A program made the translations under genes and the position numbers. A stretch of 62,278 nucleotides of DNA from a virus (lineage: Duplodnaviria; Caudoviricetes), in IMG/VR virus record IMGVR_UViG_3300049893_000311, positions 1-62,278 of that record, one strand, 5' to 3'. This document shows, piece by piece, positions 44,401 through 54,143 of this stretch. Numbering within the stretch: the first letter of the stretch is position 1; each line of letters opens with the position of its first letter. The notes under the pieces were generated by a model, which did not search any database, had not been told where the DNA came from, and was given only the letters and a program-made list of their open reading frames with translations.

Positions 44401-44906
44401 AACTCGATAGTTACTCTAAGCGCTCTAGAACCATCTGCGAGTTCGCAGGAAAACTGTCCCGGTGTCCTACCATTAGCGTCAGTCTTGGCTAGCGTTCTAG
44501 CACTAGAAATCCAGTATTGGAAAACATTGTCCCTACCGGCAAAGTAGCAGCGAGGATACTTCTTGTTATCTGTGCGCTTAGTTTCGTTTAGCGAATACTT
44601 AGCGAACTTAACGGTATTAACGCCCTCCTGGTTTTGCGTAGAGTAATTGGTGCCCCAGGAGTCGTACAGTGTCGAGTAAACAATTCCTGGGTCGCGCTGT
44701 GGCCTTGTAATGGAGGTAATTGGGAACAGATCGTCGTATCCACGGTCCACACCCCACGCCTTCTGCTCATCGGTTTGAGTAGTCCTTGGGAAGTCGGCTG
44801 TTACTGTGGTATACCTAATCATGTTCCACTCACCAAGAACCTGCGGAACAGCGTTGTTGGTGCTGGTATCCTCAATAGCCGTTTTAATAAACGGCTTGGA
44901 AATCAT
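41424..44906 (-). CDS. Minor tail protein (tail-tip/hub-like)
   Basis: AVYFDEFGRL and GNPLIQVGDIVSV motifs; after tape measure. Confidence 0.75.
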   Translation of the reverse strand: MISKPFIKTAIEDTSTNNAVPQVLGEWNMIRYTTVTADFPRTTQTDEQKAWGVDRGYDDLFPITSITRPQRDPGIVYSTLYDSWGTNYSTQNQEGVNTVKFAKYSLNETKRTDNKKYPRCYFAGRDNVFQYWISSARTLAKTDANGRTPGQFSCELADGSRALRVTIEFDTAVDANKLVAKMNTHIGNPQGIKFEVKISGSWTTVATGINCSDNGVVEIYRPAAGGTWTTTPVYYTTAAPNSVSIQGIRMSVDSMLRILPSAATENAVNASLELIEFTPRLVIDLSERTESYSVDNELGMENGDLMIGSASTNTGNIVFSNDDGFLDTVSSQSLLNGKLDEFVEFQVNLIYNSSIGGTATDRTVRQLTMVSDNWTSESQDTTTVNLVDYSKALQETNAQETLVTNIPAFAAIWLLCDGAGFGRADVNRSTATEDDYMIEWFWADPDKKVWEIIQEIASSFQLAVYFDEFGRLQITTRKYLFDRDSELPSGTTSDLTLYGVPSGAHLSNIISDQRKESEIFNWAKVKYKAANKFFTARGHRRTTRAPMWKAEDPMFVGAAEIIQSFAQGATQIKVQTVDDTLFKYRGRFVVEDTGKMYEYDAKKYQLFGGGTVWVSSDTDMIYAIEQNNGIRPTFTGWLRLPDPAAAGINAIYYEFRQNWKCMKFAKDSGTGQNDMAPIKFVRRDSGGDKGGYLKITTNFTGGSRYKIWKDSASYDKYDRVGVKFKFADGDDPEIGVVIFPTGNHFAGGYHISVAPQIFGPLPGVDGDRVNLSTLASDVNVVRVNGTGGEKQLPRTIDFVQFADYRQEKTYESPRVTKTDWTYLEVLVTGNDKDWRFAVFINGNFVGEWADKSDATLSRTKKAQFFVKGDGKVLVDKFYVVNTVGINDYKRGYLYNLSRKDKAHSDKAAPGDKLFNKYLQHWMSRKSDARCWVYNFNHGGWATAREIAHYKADFEMPATSQEIISSNKNVMVSRYKKRPLGASFTLHNRSEKLQMVNGERETNVADARRNETFLIAGSTLFLGAEQTLDYKDKDLIDQFGEKTVELTGTWIQRRESAEDLGKFIRDRFGTQTSNYDLEIYGNPLIQVGDIVSVYWPGKRIANFTYVVTKVSNGWNNGLDTNISMSMRITSPPAKNYTTNDDSVEANAAKPPGYTTQAVDSV

Positions 44907-45391
44907 ACTTCCTCCAAGGAAAGGCTAACGTTCCAGAGGTCCGTTATTACAGAAACTCCTCTTTCCATCCTGACATTACGCTTTGCAATGTCGTAGGAGA
45001 AGTCAGAAAACCTCATGGTATATCTGTCACCGGCTGAAATGACCGCTGACTCTAATGTGCCTCTTGCTGCTAGGTCGCGGCTGTAAAGGAATACATAAAA
45101 TTCCTTGTCATAGTATGATCGGTAAAAGTCTAGAATATCCCAGCCGCCCTTGTATCCGTCGAGTGTGTGCTGATATGTCGCTGGGAGGCCGTCCCACGAA
45201 ACCTGGAAGGAAGTTTTCTGTGCCACAACGTATGAGCGCATTGTTCCATTTACAGTGCGCTTACGGTTTTCAATGATTTCCTCGGTAACATTTAGTTCGC
45301 TGCGGTTATGCTCAGAAAGGAAGCCGTCCTTTGCACCGGCTCCGGTGTCCTTAAAATAGATAAGACTATTTACGGGTAGAGTCAATGGCAT
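44903..45391 (-). CDS. Minor (distal) tail protein
   Basis: LSEHNR, R..NGTMR, WNVSLSLEEV; directly after tape measure. Confidence 0.7.
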   Translation of the reverse strand: MPLTLPVNSLIYFKDTGAGAKDGFLSEHNRSELNVTEEIIENRKRTVNGTMRSYVVAQKTSFQVSWDGLPATYQHTLDGYKGGWDILDFYRSYYDKEFYVFLYSRDLAARGTLESAVISAGDRYTMRFSDFSYDIAKRNVRMERGVSVITDLWNVSLSLEEV

Positions 45392-48300
45392 TAGATTCTC
45401 CTACTCCTTCCGCTTCTAACCTGCTGCTTCCTTTCGTGCTTTACAACGAAGCGCTCGAACGCACGCTCAAGGTCAACTTCCGAACTTAGATTTTCGATGG
45501 TCACATCAAAATTATACTCGTTTCCGCCCAAGTTTGCAATGTTATCCTCCAACTTGTCGCTAAGAGTCTTGGTTAGAACGGTTTCGCCCTTGTGTAGATT
45601 AGCAATAGTGTTGTCGTAGTTAATTCTTCCACCGGACCTTAGTCCCAACTGGTTCTTAAGACCTGGGATTGGGGCTAGGTGTGGTCCGTAGTATGGGCTA
45701 CTTCCACTAAGACCATTGCTGCTCATATCAATATATGCCTGCCTCTGCCACGCGGCGGTAGGTGATGGATTCGGAGAGAACAGCGAAATAGCGTGAATGT
45801 GTGGCTCCCAGTCTCCGTGCTGTGGACCACGCCACCAGGCCGCGAATCCGGCACGCTGTAGAGCCCTAACACCAGGACCATACATTCCTCCGTATGGCGG
45901 CGTGTCAATTGTTCCGCCGCCCATGTGAGAAGTTCCACTATAAGATGTTTCTTCCTGATATGAACCCTGTGTTACAGAGAATCTCTGTCCAAGTAGCCTA
46001 CCGGCGATCTTGAGTTGCTTAGCAACCAACTGGTCAATTGGCTCTCCATCCCAATAAACTCTATCTCCAGTTGGGGCAGACTTCATTCCACCGAACTGAT
46101 CCACCTGAGCCCGTGCTGCTTCGGCTCTCTTAGACGCCTCTGCCTTAACCACCTTGGCCATAGCCTGACCCGCTGGCTTAAGAATACCGCTGGAAATTAC
46201 TGGCCAAACAATTCCGCCCTTAGCGTAACCTCGCTGACCAGCGCCGCTACCTGGAGCGCCGCCAACATTGTGCCCACCATTCAACTTGTCAAAGAACGAC
46301 TTTCCATACTTCTGAACCTTAGCCGCCTTAATAACATATTCTCCATTGGACAGTTTAGCAGGAATTGAGTCTGATGTTCCAGATCCAGGGCCACTTACAA
46401 ATCCACCCGTAGCCATTCCTGTAGGACTAGTTGCTGGATTTCCGGAGCCAGGCGATGAGCCACCAGGATCATCATAGACCGACTTCCAACTAGCAAGGTC
46501 CGCGAGTTCCTTATTGCTCATCCCCTCAATCTTCCCCTTCATCAACTTCTGCAGAAGATCCCAGTTTCCATTCATAATAGACGAAGACACGGAATCATAA
46601 AGTTTGTCCGGAAGGAATCCAAACTGCTTAGCAACGAAATCAGAAATAAGAGCAGAGCGCTCTTTAGCATTAATTCCTAGAGCCTTAGCCTCTTCTCGGA
46701 AATCCTTCATCCTGCCCTTTATTAGAAGGTCGAACAGTTTCTTACTGTCAGCAGCAGCATCCTCTTCATTTTCAGCAATCTTCTTATTCTTGTCCTCGGC
46801 CAACTTAATTTCTTTCCTATTCTGCCTTTCGGCAGCCTCGATAGCGGCCTCGGAAGCCTCCTGTGCAGCCTCAATCTTAGCCTCAGACGCCTCTTGTGCA
46901 GCCTCAATAGCCTTCTCGTTGGCGCGCTGCTCGGCACGAAGTTCCTTGTTCAGAATTCTGATCTTCTCATTCTTTTCCTTCTCAAGAATCTTTACTTTCT
47001 TATCAGACTTCTCCTGACTCTTCTCTGCCCTACTTTGAGACTCTTCCTGCTTCCTGATGGCCTTAATGTCCATACGAATTCTAGCAGCCTCAAACAGTTG
47101 ACCAGTAGCAATCGCCTCCTCGTAAGAGATCTGCATATTACGCATCTCTTGACGCTTTTGAGCACGCTCCTCTTCGTTAGCAAACGCTTCCTGTCGCTTC
47201 TCTTCCGCCCTCTGAATCGCAGCAATTTCCTTGTTGTACTCTCTCTCAACCTGATTGATTTCCTTCTGGATTGCATTTTCGCGCTTTTCAGCAGCCCTCT
47301 GCATCTGCTCTAGCCGCTCATCCTCAGCCTCCTGCAGAGCGTCCAACTTGTCCTGCTCATGCTCCTGCATAAGTTCCATTTCCCTGGACTGCTGACGCTC
47401 CAACTGAGCGATGTTAACCTTATCAGCAGACGTTGGGCCGGTAGTATTCATATACTGCTGGGCAAGGTTGCCGAACGACAGCGACATATCAGCAGTTCTT
47501 GCTGCAATTTCAGCAAGTACAATTGCCTGATCAACCGCAGAAACTGCCCCGGCAGCCTCTTCCGCATCAGCAACAATACTCTTAAACTCAGGTCCAAGTG
47601 AATCCCTTAGGCTGTGGGCCAATGTAATAGATGCCTGCTCAGCCGCAGTTACAGTGTTAGCAAATTGGGGATCTAGTCCGTTATTTCCAAGCAGTGCCTC
47701 TCGCGCATCCGGGCCAAGCCTGATAATTTCCTGCAGAACCTCTTCAACACTCTTTCCCTCTACAGAAATTCCCTGCTCTGCCAACAATTCGACGTTTCTA
47801 GCGGTGAACGCAGCCTCTTCTGAGATAGTCTTAGCGGCATCCTTTGCAATTTTGTCGAGGCTCGTTTTATAATATTCACTAATATCTCCAGTGTTCTTGA
47901 TTGCTCCACTCTGCATACCGTTTTCAAATCCATCAGCGTAGGCTGTTCCAGCAGCAACGCCGGACTTTGCAGCAGCCTCTAGGTTTGCTTCTGCTGTAGC
48001 CGCGCTATATGTTTGACCAGGAGTTAGTTGAACGTCTCCAATTCCACCAACAACGGCATTATTTGTACCAACAGTTTGGAATGCACTGCTCACCTGAGAC
48101 TTAACAGAATCATCAATAAACTTGATGGCCTTTGAAACAGTATCAATGTCTGCAGACATAACTTCTACGAACTCGCTTGTCTTACCAGCGGCACTCATAA
48201 TTTCATATATAATTCCGCGAGCCTCTTCGGGAGAAACTCCAGACCTAATTAATTCAGCAAGGATTCTCTGTGTGTATCCAACCGAATCTGTACCATCCCT

Positions 48301-51300
48301 AATGGTTTCAATTTCCTTGCTGAACATTTCCTTTAGGGCCTCTACGCGACTTTCGTCAACCTCCTCTACCGGCATCCCGCTCGGCATTGTTAGGTCCATT
48401 GTCACGTCATTCTTTATATCAATACCCATTTCCTTAAGACCAGGAACGTTTAGGTCAATGCTAGAGAAGTTCTGGTCCCAGGTGGCTTCGGCCTTTCTAA
48501 GTTCTTCTGCAGCATCAGCATTTATCTTCTTGAAGATTTCTGTAATACCACCAACAGCAAGACCTGCGATTCCTCCAATTGCTAGGCCCCAAGGCCCAAA
48601 CATTCCGCCGACTCCTGCTCCCATCATGGTCATATTCGCTATATTAGATGCTGGTCCCTGAGGAAGAAGCATTGAGCCCATCATGGCACCGCCCATTAGT
48701 GCTCCACCAGCCATCATAGACTTATTGTTCTTCATATAGTTCATTATTCCACCGCCTGCTGGTGCTGCTGCACCAGCCATCTCAGACGCGGCACTAGCAT
48801 TGTTTGCAGTAACCTCTCTATATTCAGAAGATGCACTAGCCTCATTAGCACCGACTTCAGCAACTTCAGCAGCAGTATCTAGTTCGGTAGCAGAAGAGTG
48901 GGCCCTGGTTGCAGTTTCATCTACAACAATGGCGTCGGTAATACTTCTACGCTGCTTTTCCTCTACCTGCATAGAACCCGTTGTGTCTGCCAATGCAGCA
49001 TTTAGATCATCAAGGTGCTTGGCGTTGCTCTTAGCAGCAAGGGAGGCGGTTCCCCCTGCGTCTGTAATAAGGAATGAAGACTCCTTAATTACGTTTCCTG
49101 CTTGGTCGAGTGCAACCGCGTATCTCTTTCCGGCGGCGGTAACCTCTGTAAACGTTACCCCCTCCACCTTTAGTGCGGCTTCCATCATAGCCTTTTCTAA
49201 TCTATCAACACCATTAGCATTCAGACCATTAACGTTTCCGACGAACTCGCTTACCTCTGCGGTTACCTTTTCCATCCAGGCGTTAGCCTCGTTGACGTTC
49301 TGGTTGAATCTAGCAAGTACCGATGCCAACTCGTCTTCTGTAAGTCCGATCTTGTCTGATGTATTGGCACGCTTAAGAACTGATGCCTTCAAATCCTCTA
49401 GGTTGAGTCCGTACTCTTTCTCCATAGAGGTAATCATTGTCATTGCATCTTCTACGGTCTGAGTCTTACCGATCAGGTGCTCTAGTTCTGCAGCCAGTTT
49501 ATCCCCGGCAGCGGCTAGCACTGAAAGTGTTTCATTAGATGTAAGAGCCTTAAACTTAGTAGCGTCTAGGTTCGCAGGTGCGGTTTGACCAGGCATAACT
49601 GCGCTGGCAGCAACAGCGTTGAGAGCCATAAGCCTTGGGCCGAGGTTTCCAGACTGCATACTCTTTTCTGTCTGTAGCCTCATCTCCCTCGCTACAAGTT
49701 GAGCAGCGTATCTTCCTGGGTTATTTTCTGCCGATGCAAATTCCTTGGCGTATGCTGCCTGAACTGACGGATCGTTTACAGCCCTAACGACCATATCATT
49801 CCAAGCCTCAGGAGCGCCTCCCTTAGCAGCGGTCAGCGCAGAACTGGCAGCAGTTGTAGAGTTTCCAGAAACACCCGGAATAGTAACTCCACCAGTTTCG
49901 ATCATTCTCATTACTAGGCCCATTCTTGCTAGTTGCTGTGGGCTCATCTTTGAGAGTTCTGCCGGAGTATAGTTTGCTATTCCGGCGCGGTTTCTACCCT
50001 GGTTATTGGCCTCTGTTCCAAGCAATACGCCCTTTGTCTTCGCCCTTGGCTGCGCCCCCATAAGCCTTGTGTACTTATCGGCCATCAGAGGATCAGTAAT
50101 ATTCATTGCGGAAACTGCGGTAGAAGTGCTACGCGCCTGACTCTGTAGCATTTCTAGTGCAAGTGTGTATTCTTTGACTGCTTGGGTGAGAACTTCCTGA
50201 GCGGTCTTCTGCTCATACATGCTTCCGGTAAGTTGTTCTACTGCCGTGTCCGCCTGGAACGACTCTGCTGTTAGAACCTCAAATGTCTTACCAATTCCGC
50301 CGCCACTTGCCAGAACCTTAAACATATTAACAAGTCTTAGACCACCCTTGGTAATCATACCAAGCATGTTTCCGAATAGACCCATAAGCATAATTACGGG
50401 ACCAATGGCCGCTGCCGCCATTCCAAGGTATTTAACAAGATTTAGCAGCCACTCGTTTTTAGACACGAATCCGAAAATATCGTTGAATATATCTACTACC
50501 ATTGTTCCAAGTTTCAGAAGGTCTTCTCCGATTACTGCAATGTTAATCTTGAAGTCTTCCCAAGCACGCTCCCACTTTCCAGAAACAGACTCGGCCTTGG
50601 CACCGGCCTCCTGGTCGGCCAATTTTCCAAGATCCTCTATGCTTGCGCCCATAAGGTCAAATACCTTCTGAGTTTGAGAGCCTTGCGCTCCAAGGTTATT
50701 GAAAAATGCGTTCATCCTTGCGAACTGGTACTTACCGAACAACTTTGTGATTACTTGCTGACGAGCCAAGTCGTCCAGTTTCTTTAGTTGCTCTTGGAAG
50801 GCTAGAAGCGTTGGAGTAAGTTGTCCAGCGTTTTCCTGAACGATCTTTGGAAGGTTAATGCCGAATTCTTTCATGAATTCTGTGGCAGCCTTCGGAGGAG
50901 CAATAATGCTAGAAAGACCGGACTTTAGAGCGTTAGCACCCTCCGCTGCTGAGATACCGCCCTCACGCATCGCCACCATGTATAGGGCGAGGTCTTCTAC
51001 GCTTCCGCCTAGACCTTCTACAACGGTTCCAGCACGAGGGATAGCCTCTACCAAATCGTTTAGGCTGGCAGATGTTTGGTTTTCCACTGCGTTCAAGAAT
51101 AGAACAGAGTCAGCAACCTCGTCTGTGGACATTTTGAATGCGGATTGTAGAGCAACTGTGGCCTTCATTGCCTCTTGACGGTCAACCTCTCCAAGTGTTG
51201 CAAGTTTTGTAGTCTGCTCTGTCATCTTCATAAGGTCTTCACCCTCGAAGCCTGTAGCAGCCAGATCAGCCATCAGAGCAGCAGTTTCTGTTCCGGCCTG

Positions 51301-52056
51301 ACCATAGGCCTGTGCCATATCGTGAGCCATAGCGATAGCAGCGGTGCGAATTTCCTCTGACTGCTTCTTAAAGTCGTCTCCGAACGTAAAACCGGATCCA
51401 TAAACCTTCTGTAGCCTTACAAGTTCCTCGTCAAGTTCCTTAAACGTCCTTGCGGCCAGTCCACCGGCGATCATAAGCGGCACGGTGAAACCAACCATCA
51501 ACTGACGACCAGCCCACTGAGTATTCTTACCCCAGTTAACCATCTGAGTGGCACCCTGCTGTGCTGTAGCGTTAAAGACCTCCCAGGACTTATTGGCCAC
51601 GCGCATCTGGGTTGCGAAGTCTTTATCGAGTCCGGTCGGTGTAACTACACTAGCAGTAACCTTTCCTGTCGGGCTAACTCCGTGAGGCATAACAACAGAG
51701 TTCTGCATCATTACCTGCTGCTTAGCGAGATCCCTAACAAGACCGCCTCGTCCTGTTACATATCTACGAGCCTCTGTAAAGGCCTGACGCATTGTAACAT
51801 TCTGCCTCTGAATTGCCTCAGCGAACAGGTCTGTGGAGGTTCTCATTGTAACCATCTGCTGAGTGAACTGTCCAGAAGTTGTCAGCATTCGTCCGAACTG
51901 CGCGTTTGCAGATTGCAAATCGATGTTGGACATACTGCGGTCAACCGCAGTCATGGTGCCAGCAACACTCATCAACTCGGCGTTAAGAGTCTGAACCTGC
52001 TTGTGCAGGCTAGACATATTACCAGTTACAAGAAAATCAATCTTTACTTGACTCAT
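45391..52056 (-). CDS. Tape measure protein with C-terminal peptidase-like domain
   Basis: 2221 aa helical/coiled-coil; TP901-type core; A.GG.V.GPG..TSDSIPA.LSNGEYV. Confidence 0.92.
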   Translation of the reverse strand: MSQVKIDFLVTGNMSSLHKQVQTLNAELMSVAGTMTAVDRSMSNIDLQSANAQFGRMLTTSGQFTQQMVTMRTSTDLFAEAIQRQNVTMRQAFTEARRYVTGRGGLVRDLAKQQVMMQNSVVMPHGVSPTGKVTASVVTPTGLDKDFATQMRVANKSWEVFNATAQQGATQMVNWGKNTQWAGRQLMVGFTVPLMIAGGLAARTFKELDEELVRLQKVYGSGFTFGDDFKKQSEEIRTAAIAMAHDMAQAYGQAGTETAALMADLAATGFEGEDLMKMTEQTTKLATLGEVDRQEAMKATVALQSAFKMSTDEVADSVLFLNAVENQTSASLNDLVEAIPRAGTVVEGLGGSVEDLALYMVAMREGGISAAEGANALKSGLSSIIAPPKAATEFMKEFGINLPKIVQENAGQLTPTLLAFQEQLKKLDDLARQQVITKLFGKYQFARMNAFFNNLGAQGSQTQKVFDLMGASIEDLGKLADQEAGAKAESVSGKWERAWEDFKINIAVIGEDLLKLGTMVVDIFNDIFGFVSKNEWLLNLVKYLGMAAAAIGPVIMLMGLFGNMLGMITKGGLRLVNMFKVLASGGGIGKTFEVLTAESFQADTAVEQLTGSMYEQKTAQEVLTQAVKEYTLALEMLQSQARSTSTAVSAMNITDPLMADKYTRLMGAQPRAKTKGVLLGTEANNQGRNRAGIANYTPAELSKMSPQQLARMGLVMRMIETGGVTIPGVSGNSTTAASSALTAAKGGAPEAWNDMVVRAVNDPSVQAAYAKEFASAENNPGRYAAQLVAREMRLQTEKSMQSGNLGPRLMALNAVAASAVMPGQTAPANLDATKFKALTSNETLSVLAAAGDKLAAELEHLIGKTQTVEDAMTMITSMEKEYGLNLEDLKASVLKRANTSDKIGLTEDELASVLARFNQNVNEANAWMEKVTAEVSEFVGNVNGLNANGVDRLEKAMMEAALKVEGVTFTEVTAAGKRYAVALDQAGNVIKESSFLITDAGGTASLAAKSNAKHLDDLNAALADTTGSMQVEEKQRRSITDAIVVDETATRAHSSATELDTAAEVAEVGANEASASSEYREVTANNASAASEMAGAAAPAGGGIMNYMKNNKSMMAGGALMGGAMMGSMLLPQGPASNIANMTMMGAGVGGMFGPWGLAIGGIAGLAVGGITEIFKKINADAAEELRKAEATWDQNFSSIDLNVPGLKEMGIDIKNDVTMDLTMPSGMPVEEVDESRVEALKEMFSKEIETIRDGTDSVGYTQRILAELIRSGVSPEEARGIIYEIMSAAGKTSEFVEVMSADIDTVSKAIKFIDDSVKSQVSSAFQTVGTNNAVVGGIGDVQLTPGQTYSAATAEANLEAAAKSGVAAGTAYADGFENGMQSGAIKNTGDISEYYKTSLDKIAKDAAKTISEEAAFTARNVELLAEQGISVEGKSVEEVLQEIIRLGPDAREALLGNNGLDPQFANTVTAAEQASITLAHSLRDSLGPEFKSIVADAEEAAGAVSAVDQAIVLAEIAARTADMSLSFGNLAQQYMNTTGPTSADKVNIAQLERQQSREMELMQEHEQDKLDALQEAEDERLEQMQRAAEKRENAIQKEINQVEREYNKEIAAIQRAEEKRQEAFANEEERAQKRQEMRNMQISYEEAIATGQLFEAARIRMDIKAIRKQEESQSRAEKSQEKSDKKVKILEKEKNEKIRILNKELRAEQRANEKAIEAAQEASEAKIEAAQEASEAAIEAAERQNRKEIKLAEDKNKKIAENEEDAAADSKKLFDLLIKGRMKDFREEAKALGINAKERSALISDFVAKQFGFLPDKLYDSVSSSIMNGNWDLLQKLMKGKIEGMSNKELADLASWKSVYDDPGGSSPGSGNPATSPTGMATGGFVSGPGSGTSDSIPAKLSNGEYVIKAAKVQKYGKSFFDKLNGGHNVGGAPGSGAGQRGYAKGGIVWPVISSGILKPAGQAMAKVVKAEASKRAEAARAQVDQFGGMKSAPTGDRVYWDGEPIDQLVAKQLKIAGRLLGQRFSVTQGSYQEETSYSGTSHMGGGTIDTPPYGGMYGPGVRALQRAGFAAWWRGPQHGDWEPHIHAISLFSPNPSPTAAWQRQAYIDMSSNGLSGSSPYYGPHLAPIPGLKNQLGLRSGGRINYDNTIANLHKGETVLTKTLSDKLEDNIANLGGNEYNFDVTIENLSSEVDLERAFERFVVKHERKQQVRSGRSRRI

Positions 52057-52436
52057 ACGATGTTGTAGTTAAGACCTCCTTCGATTCCGATTCCAAACCC
52101 TTCCTCATGTGCAACATTTCCGCTAAGACCTAGGATATCGTCAGGGTCACCGCCCTGTGCGCGAATAGCCGCATCACGCCTGATCTGCTCGAAGGTTCGT
52201 GGACCCTCTTCGCCAGGCTCCTCAGGAATAGTGATGCCCTGCATCGCTGCCTGAAAACGGTAATCCTTCCACTTGACCTTGCGGGAAGCCTCCAAGGTGG
52301 CCAGTAACTCCGGCATTGACAAATCCTCTTCCAGATCCTGATAATTCTTCCAGTGTCCGAGTAGGAATGCCTCTGCCTCCATTTCTGCCAGGTTTAAATC
52401 AGCCCAGGTAGGGCCGCTTCCCTCTGTGGATTTGGG
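52053..52436 (-). CDS. Tail assembly chaperone, -1 frameshift extension (gpGT-like)
   Basis: Frame open from slippery C-CCA-AAT (52430-52436) through TWADLNLAEMEAEAFLLGHW. Confidence 0.8.
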   Translation of the reverse strand, partial: PKSTEGSGPTWADLNLAEMEAEAFLLGHWKNYQDLEEDLSMPELLATLEASRKVKWKDYRFQAAMQGITIPEEPGEEGPRTFEQIRRDAAIRAQGGDPDDILGLSGNVAHEEGFGIGIEGGLNYNIV

Positions 52437-52747
52437 CCACCGAGCGAAATACCTGCCGCCACCTCCAAAATCTTCCAGATTGTCGGAATGTCTAGAGCCT
52501 CTTCAAACTTGTCGTCATCCTTCACCAAATCTGGGAGTTGCTTCTCCAAGCAAATCTTTGTGGCTGCAATCAGGAACGATAGGTTGTCCTCATCGTTCTC
52601 TGCGACTGGCTCATCACCAGTAGCCGCATTCATATCCTCAATAACCTTCATTACTTTACGAAGACGCTTTAGATCGAGCGGACGCACCTGTACTTCTGTG
52701 CCGTCCTGCAATTCTAGATCCAAAATGTCATATACAGTAGTTGCCAA
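52394..52747 (-). CDS. Tail assembly chaperone (gpG-like)
   Basis: AAGGAGGT SD + TTG start; between major tail and tape measure. Confidence 0.85.
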   Translation of the reverse strand: MATTVYDILDLELQDGTEVQVRPLDLKRLRKVMKVIEDMNAATGDEPVAENDEDNLSFLIAATKICLEKQLPDLVKDDDKFEEALDIPTIWKILEVAAGISLGGPNPQREAALPGLI

Positions 52748-52799
52748 AATGACCTCCTTATTGTCTTTACAATTATATGGCAATTAGCCCTATAACGCA

Positions 52800-52832
52800 A
52801 GGTGGCCACCCCCTCACCGGGGGTGGCCACCT
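52800..52832 (-). terminator. Strong hairpin after major tail gene, followed by promoter TTGCGT-17-TATAAT
   Basis: AGGTGGCCACCCCC / GGGGGTGGCCACCT. Confidence 0.7.
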
Positions 52833-52853
52833 GACAACTACTGTATTTAGTTA

Positions 52854-53558
52854 TTAGGAAACATCTACTACTCGACCATAAGAAGAGTAAGATGCAAGTG
52901 TGTCTGGAAGGAGACGGAATGACACCGGGAAAACCGTTGCCTCGCTGCGGCGCATTGCGCTGCTAGAAGCCTCTACGGATAGAGCACGGGTTGCCAAGTA
53001 TACGCGCTGCTTGTATGAAGTAGCCGTGTTCGGAGCGTTTCCAACGAATAGTAGACACTTTTCAATCGGAGCCTCACCGAGAGCACCACCAGACATACGA
53101 ACCTCTTCACCAGCGGTACCGGTGAACTTAGTTCCTGTGCCCTGTGCCCAAACGGTCAGAAGGTTGTCCAGTGTTGCCTCCGCGAATGTGGTAGCAACAG
53201 AAACTGTCATCCTCTGCTTGAACAACTTAGCAGCGTCTAGCAACTGGTCTACCTCAACCTCACCGAAGTCTGGCTGGTACTGTACCTCTACACCCTCCTG
53301 AGTAAGACCAACGTCCTTGAACTGAATGTTACCTGCTGGGGTCGGAGAGGTACCTCCTGCACCAGTCATAGAAACCGGGGTTGCAGCACCAGAAGATCCG
53401 CTAAGGCTGCTAACCCATCCACGGAAGTCCTTTCCGGCACCTACGGCACCCTTAACAACTGTCCATACCTGGTCGCCATTTCCTGCGAAGTCGTGAGAGT
53501 ATGTTCCAACGGCTAGGTTGGCTGCACCAACGAGAATATTGCTTGTACTTTGCGACAT
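52854..53558 (-). CDS. Major tail (tube) protein
   Basis: NILVGAA, DVG.T..G.E..YQPDFGEV.VDQLLD, FPVSFRLLP; strong SD and terminator. Confidence 0.85.
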   Translation of the reverse strand: MSQSTSNILVGAANLAVGTYSHDFAGNGDQVWTVVKGAVGAGKDFRGWVSSLSGSSGAATPVSMTGAGGTSPTPAGNIQFKDVGLTQEGVEVQYQPDFGEVEVDQLLDAAKLFKQRMTVSVATTFAEATLDNLLTVWAQGTGTKFTGTAGEEVRMSGGALGEAPIEKCLLFVGNAPNTATSYKQRVYLATRALSVEASSSAMRRSEATVFPVSFRLLPDTLASYSSYGRVVDVS

Positions 53559-53630
53559 ATTTTATATTTCACCTCCCTGTGTCATGGGTTATTTCTTGCT
53601 TCGCCAGTTCTTATAGTACCGTGAATATTC

Positions 53631-54143
53631 TTATGAAGCAAACCTGCCGTTAGCGCCTACCGGCCCTGTGTACTGGTAAGAAATGACCATGTTTAATCCA
53701 TACCTGCCGAGCACCATATCGATATTGCTGCTTGGTAGGCCCATCATAATGTCAAAGTAGTGGAACTTGTATGTTGTGCTGATCTGGTTTACGTCCTCCG
53801 CTGTCAGGTCAAATCTGCGGAACAGGTCGTAAAGAAAGTCCTTAACCTCCATTAACTTTTCAATATCATAGTCGTAAATCCATAGCACCACTTCATCCCT
53901 ACAGTTCCAGTATTCGGTGTCATACCCGCCTGGAACTAGAATGTCGTATACGATAAATGGTGCATCTTCTGGCAGGCCTACCGGCGCGTCAGACTTATTT
54001 CCGAAGGCCTCTGGGATCTGCTGAATTGGGACAATTGGGGACGAATTGGCATAATCTGACTCATTAAAAATGCCAGAGGAATACAGTTCGTTGATCATCC
54101 ACTGACGAACCGTATAGAATGCGCTGTTAGAATAATCAACCAC
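53631..54143 (-). CDS. Tail terminator-like protein
   Basis: Position; P.IVYD motif. Confidence 0.6.
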   Translation of the reverse strand: MVDYSNSAFYTVRQWMINELYSSGIFNESDYANSSPIVPIQQIPEAFGNKSDAPVGLPEDAPFIVYDILVPGGYDTEYWNCRDEVVLWIYDYDIEKLMEVKDFLYDLFRRFDLTAEDVNQISTTYKFHYFDIMMGLPSSNIDMVLGRYGLNMVISYQYTGPVGANGRFAS

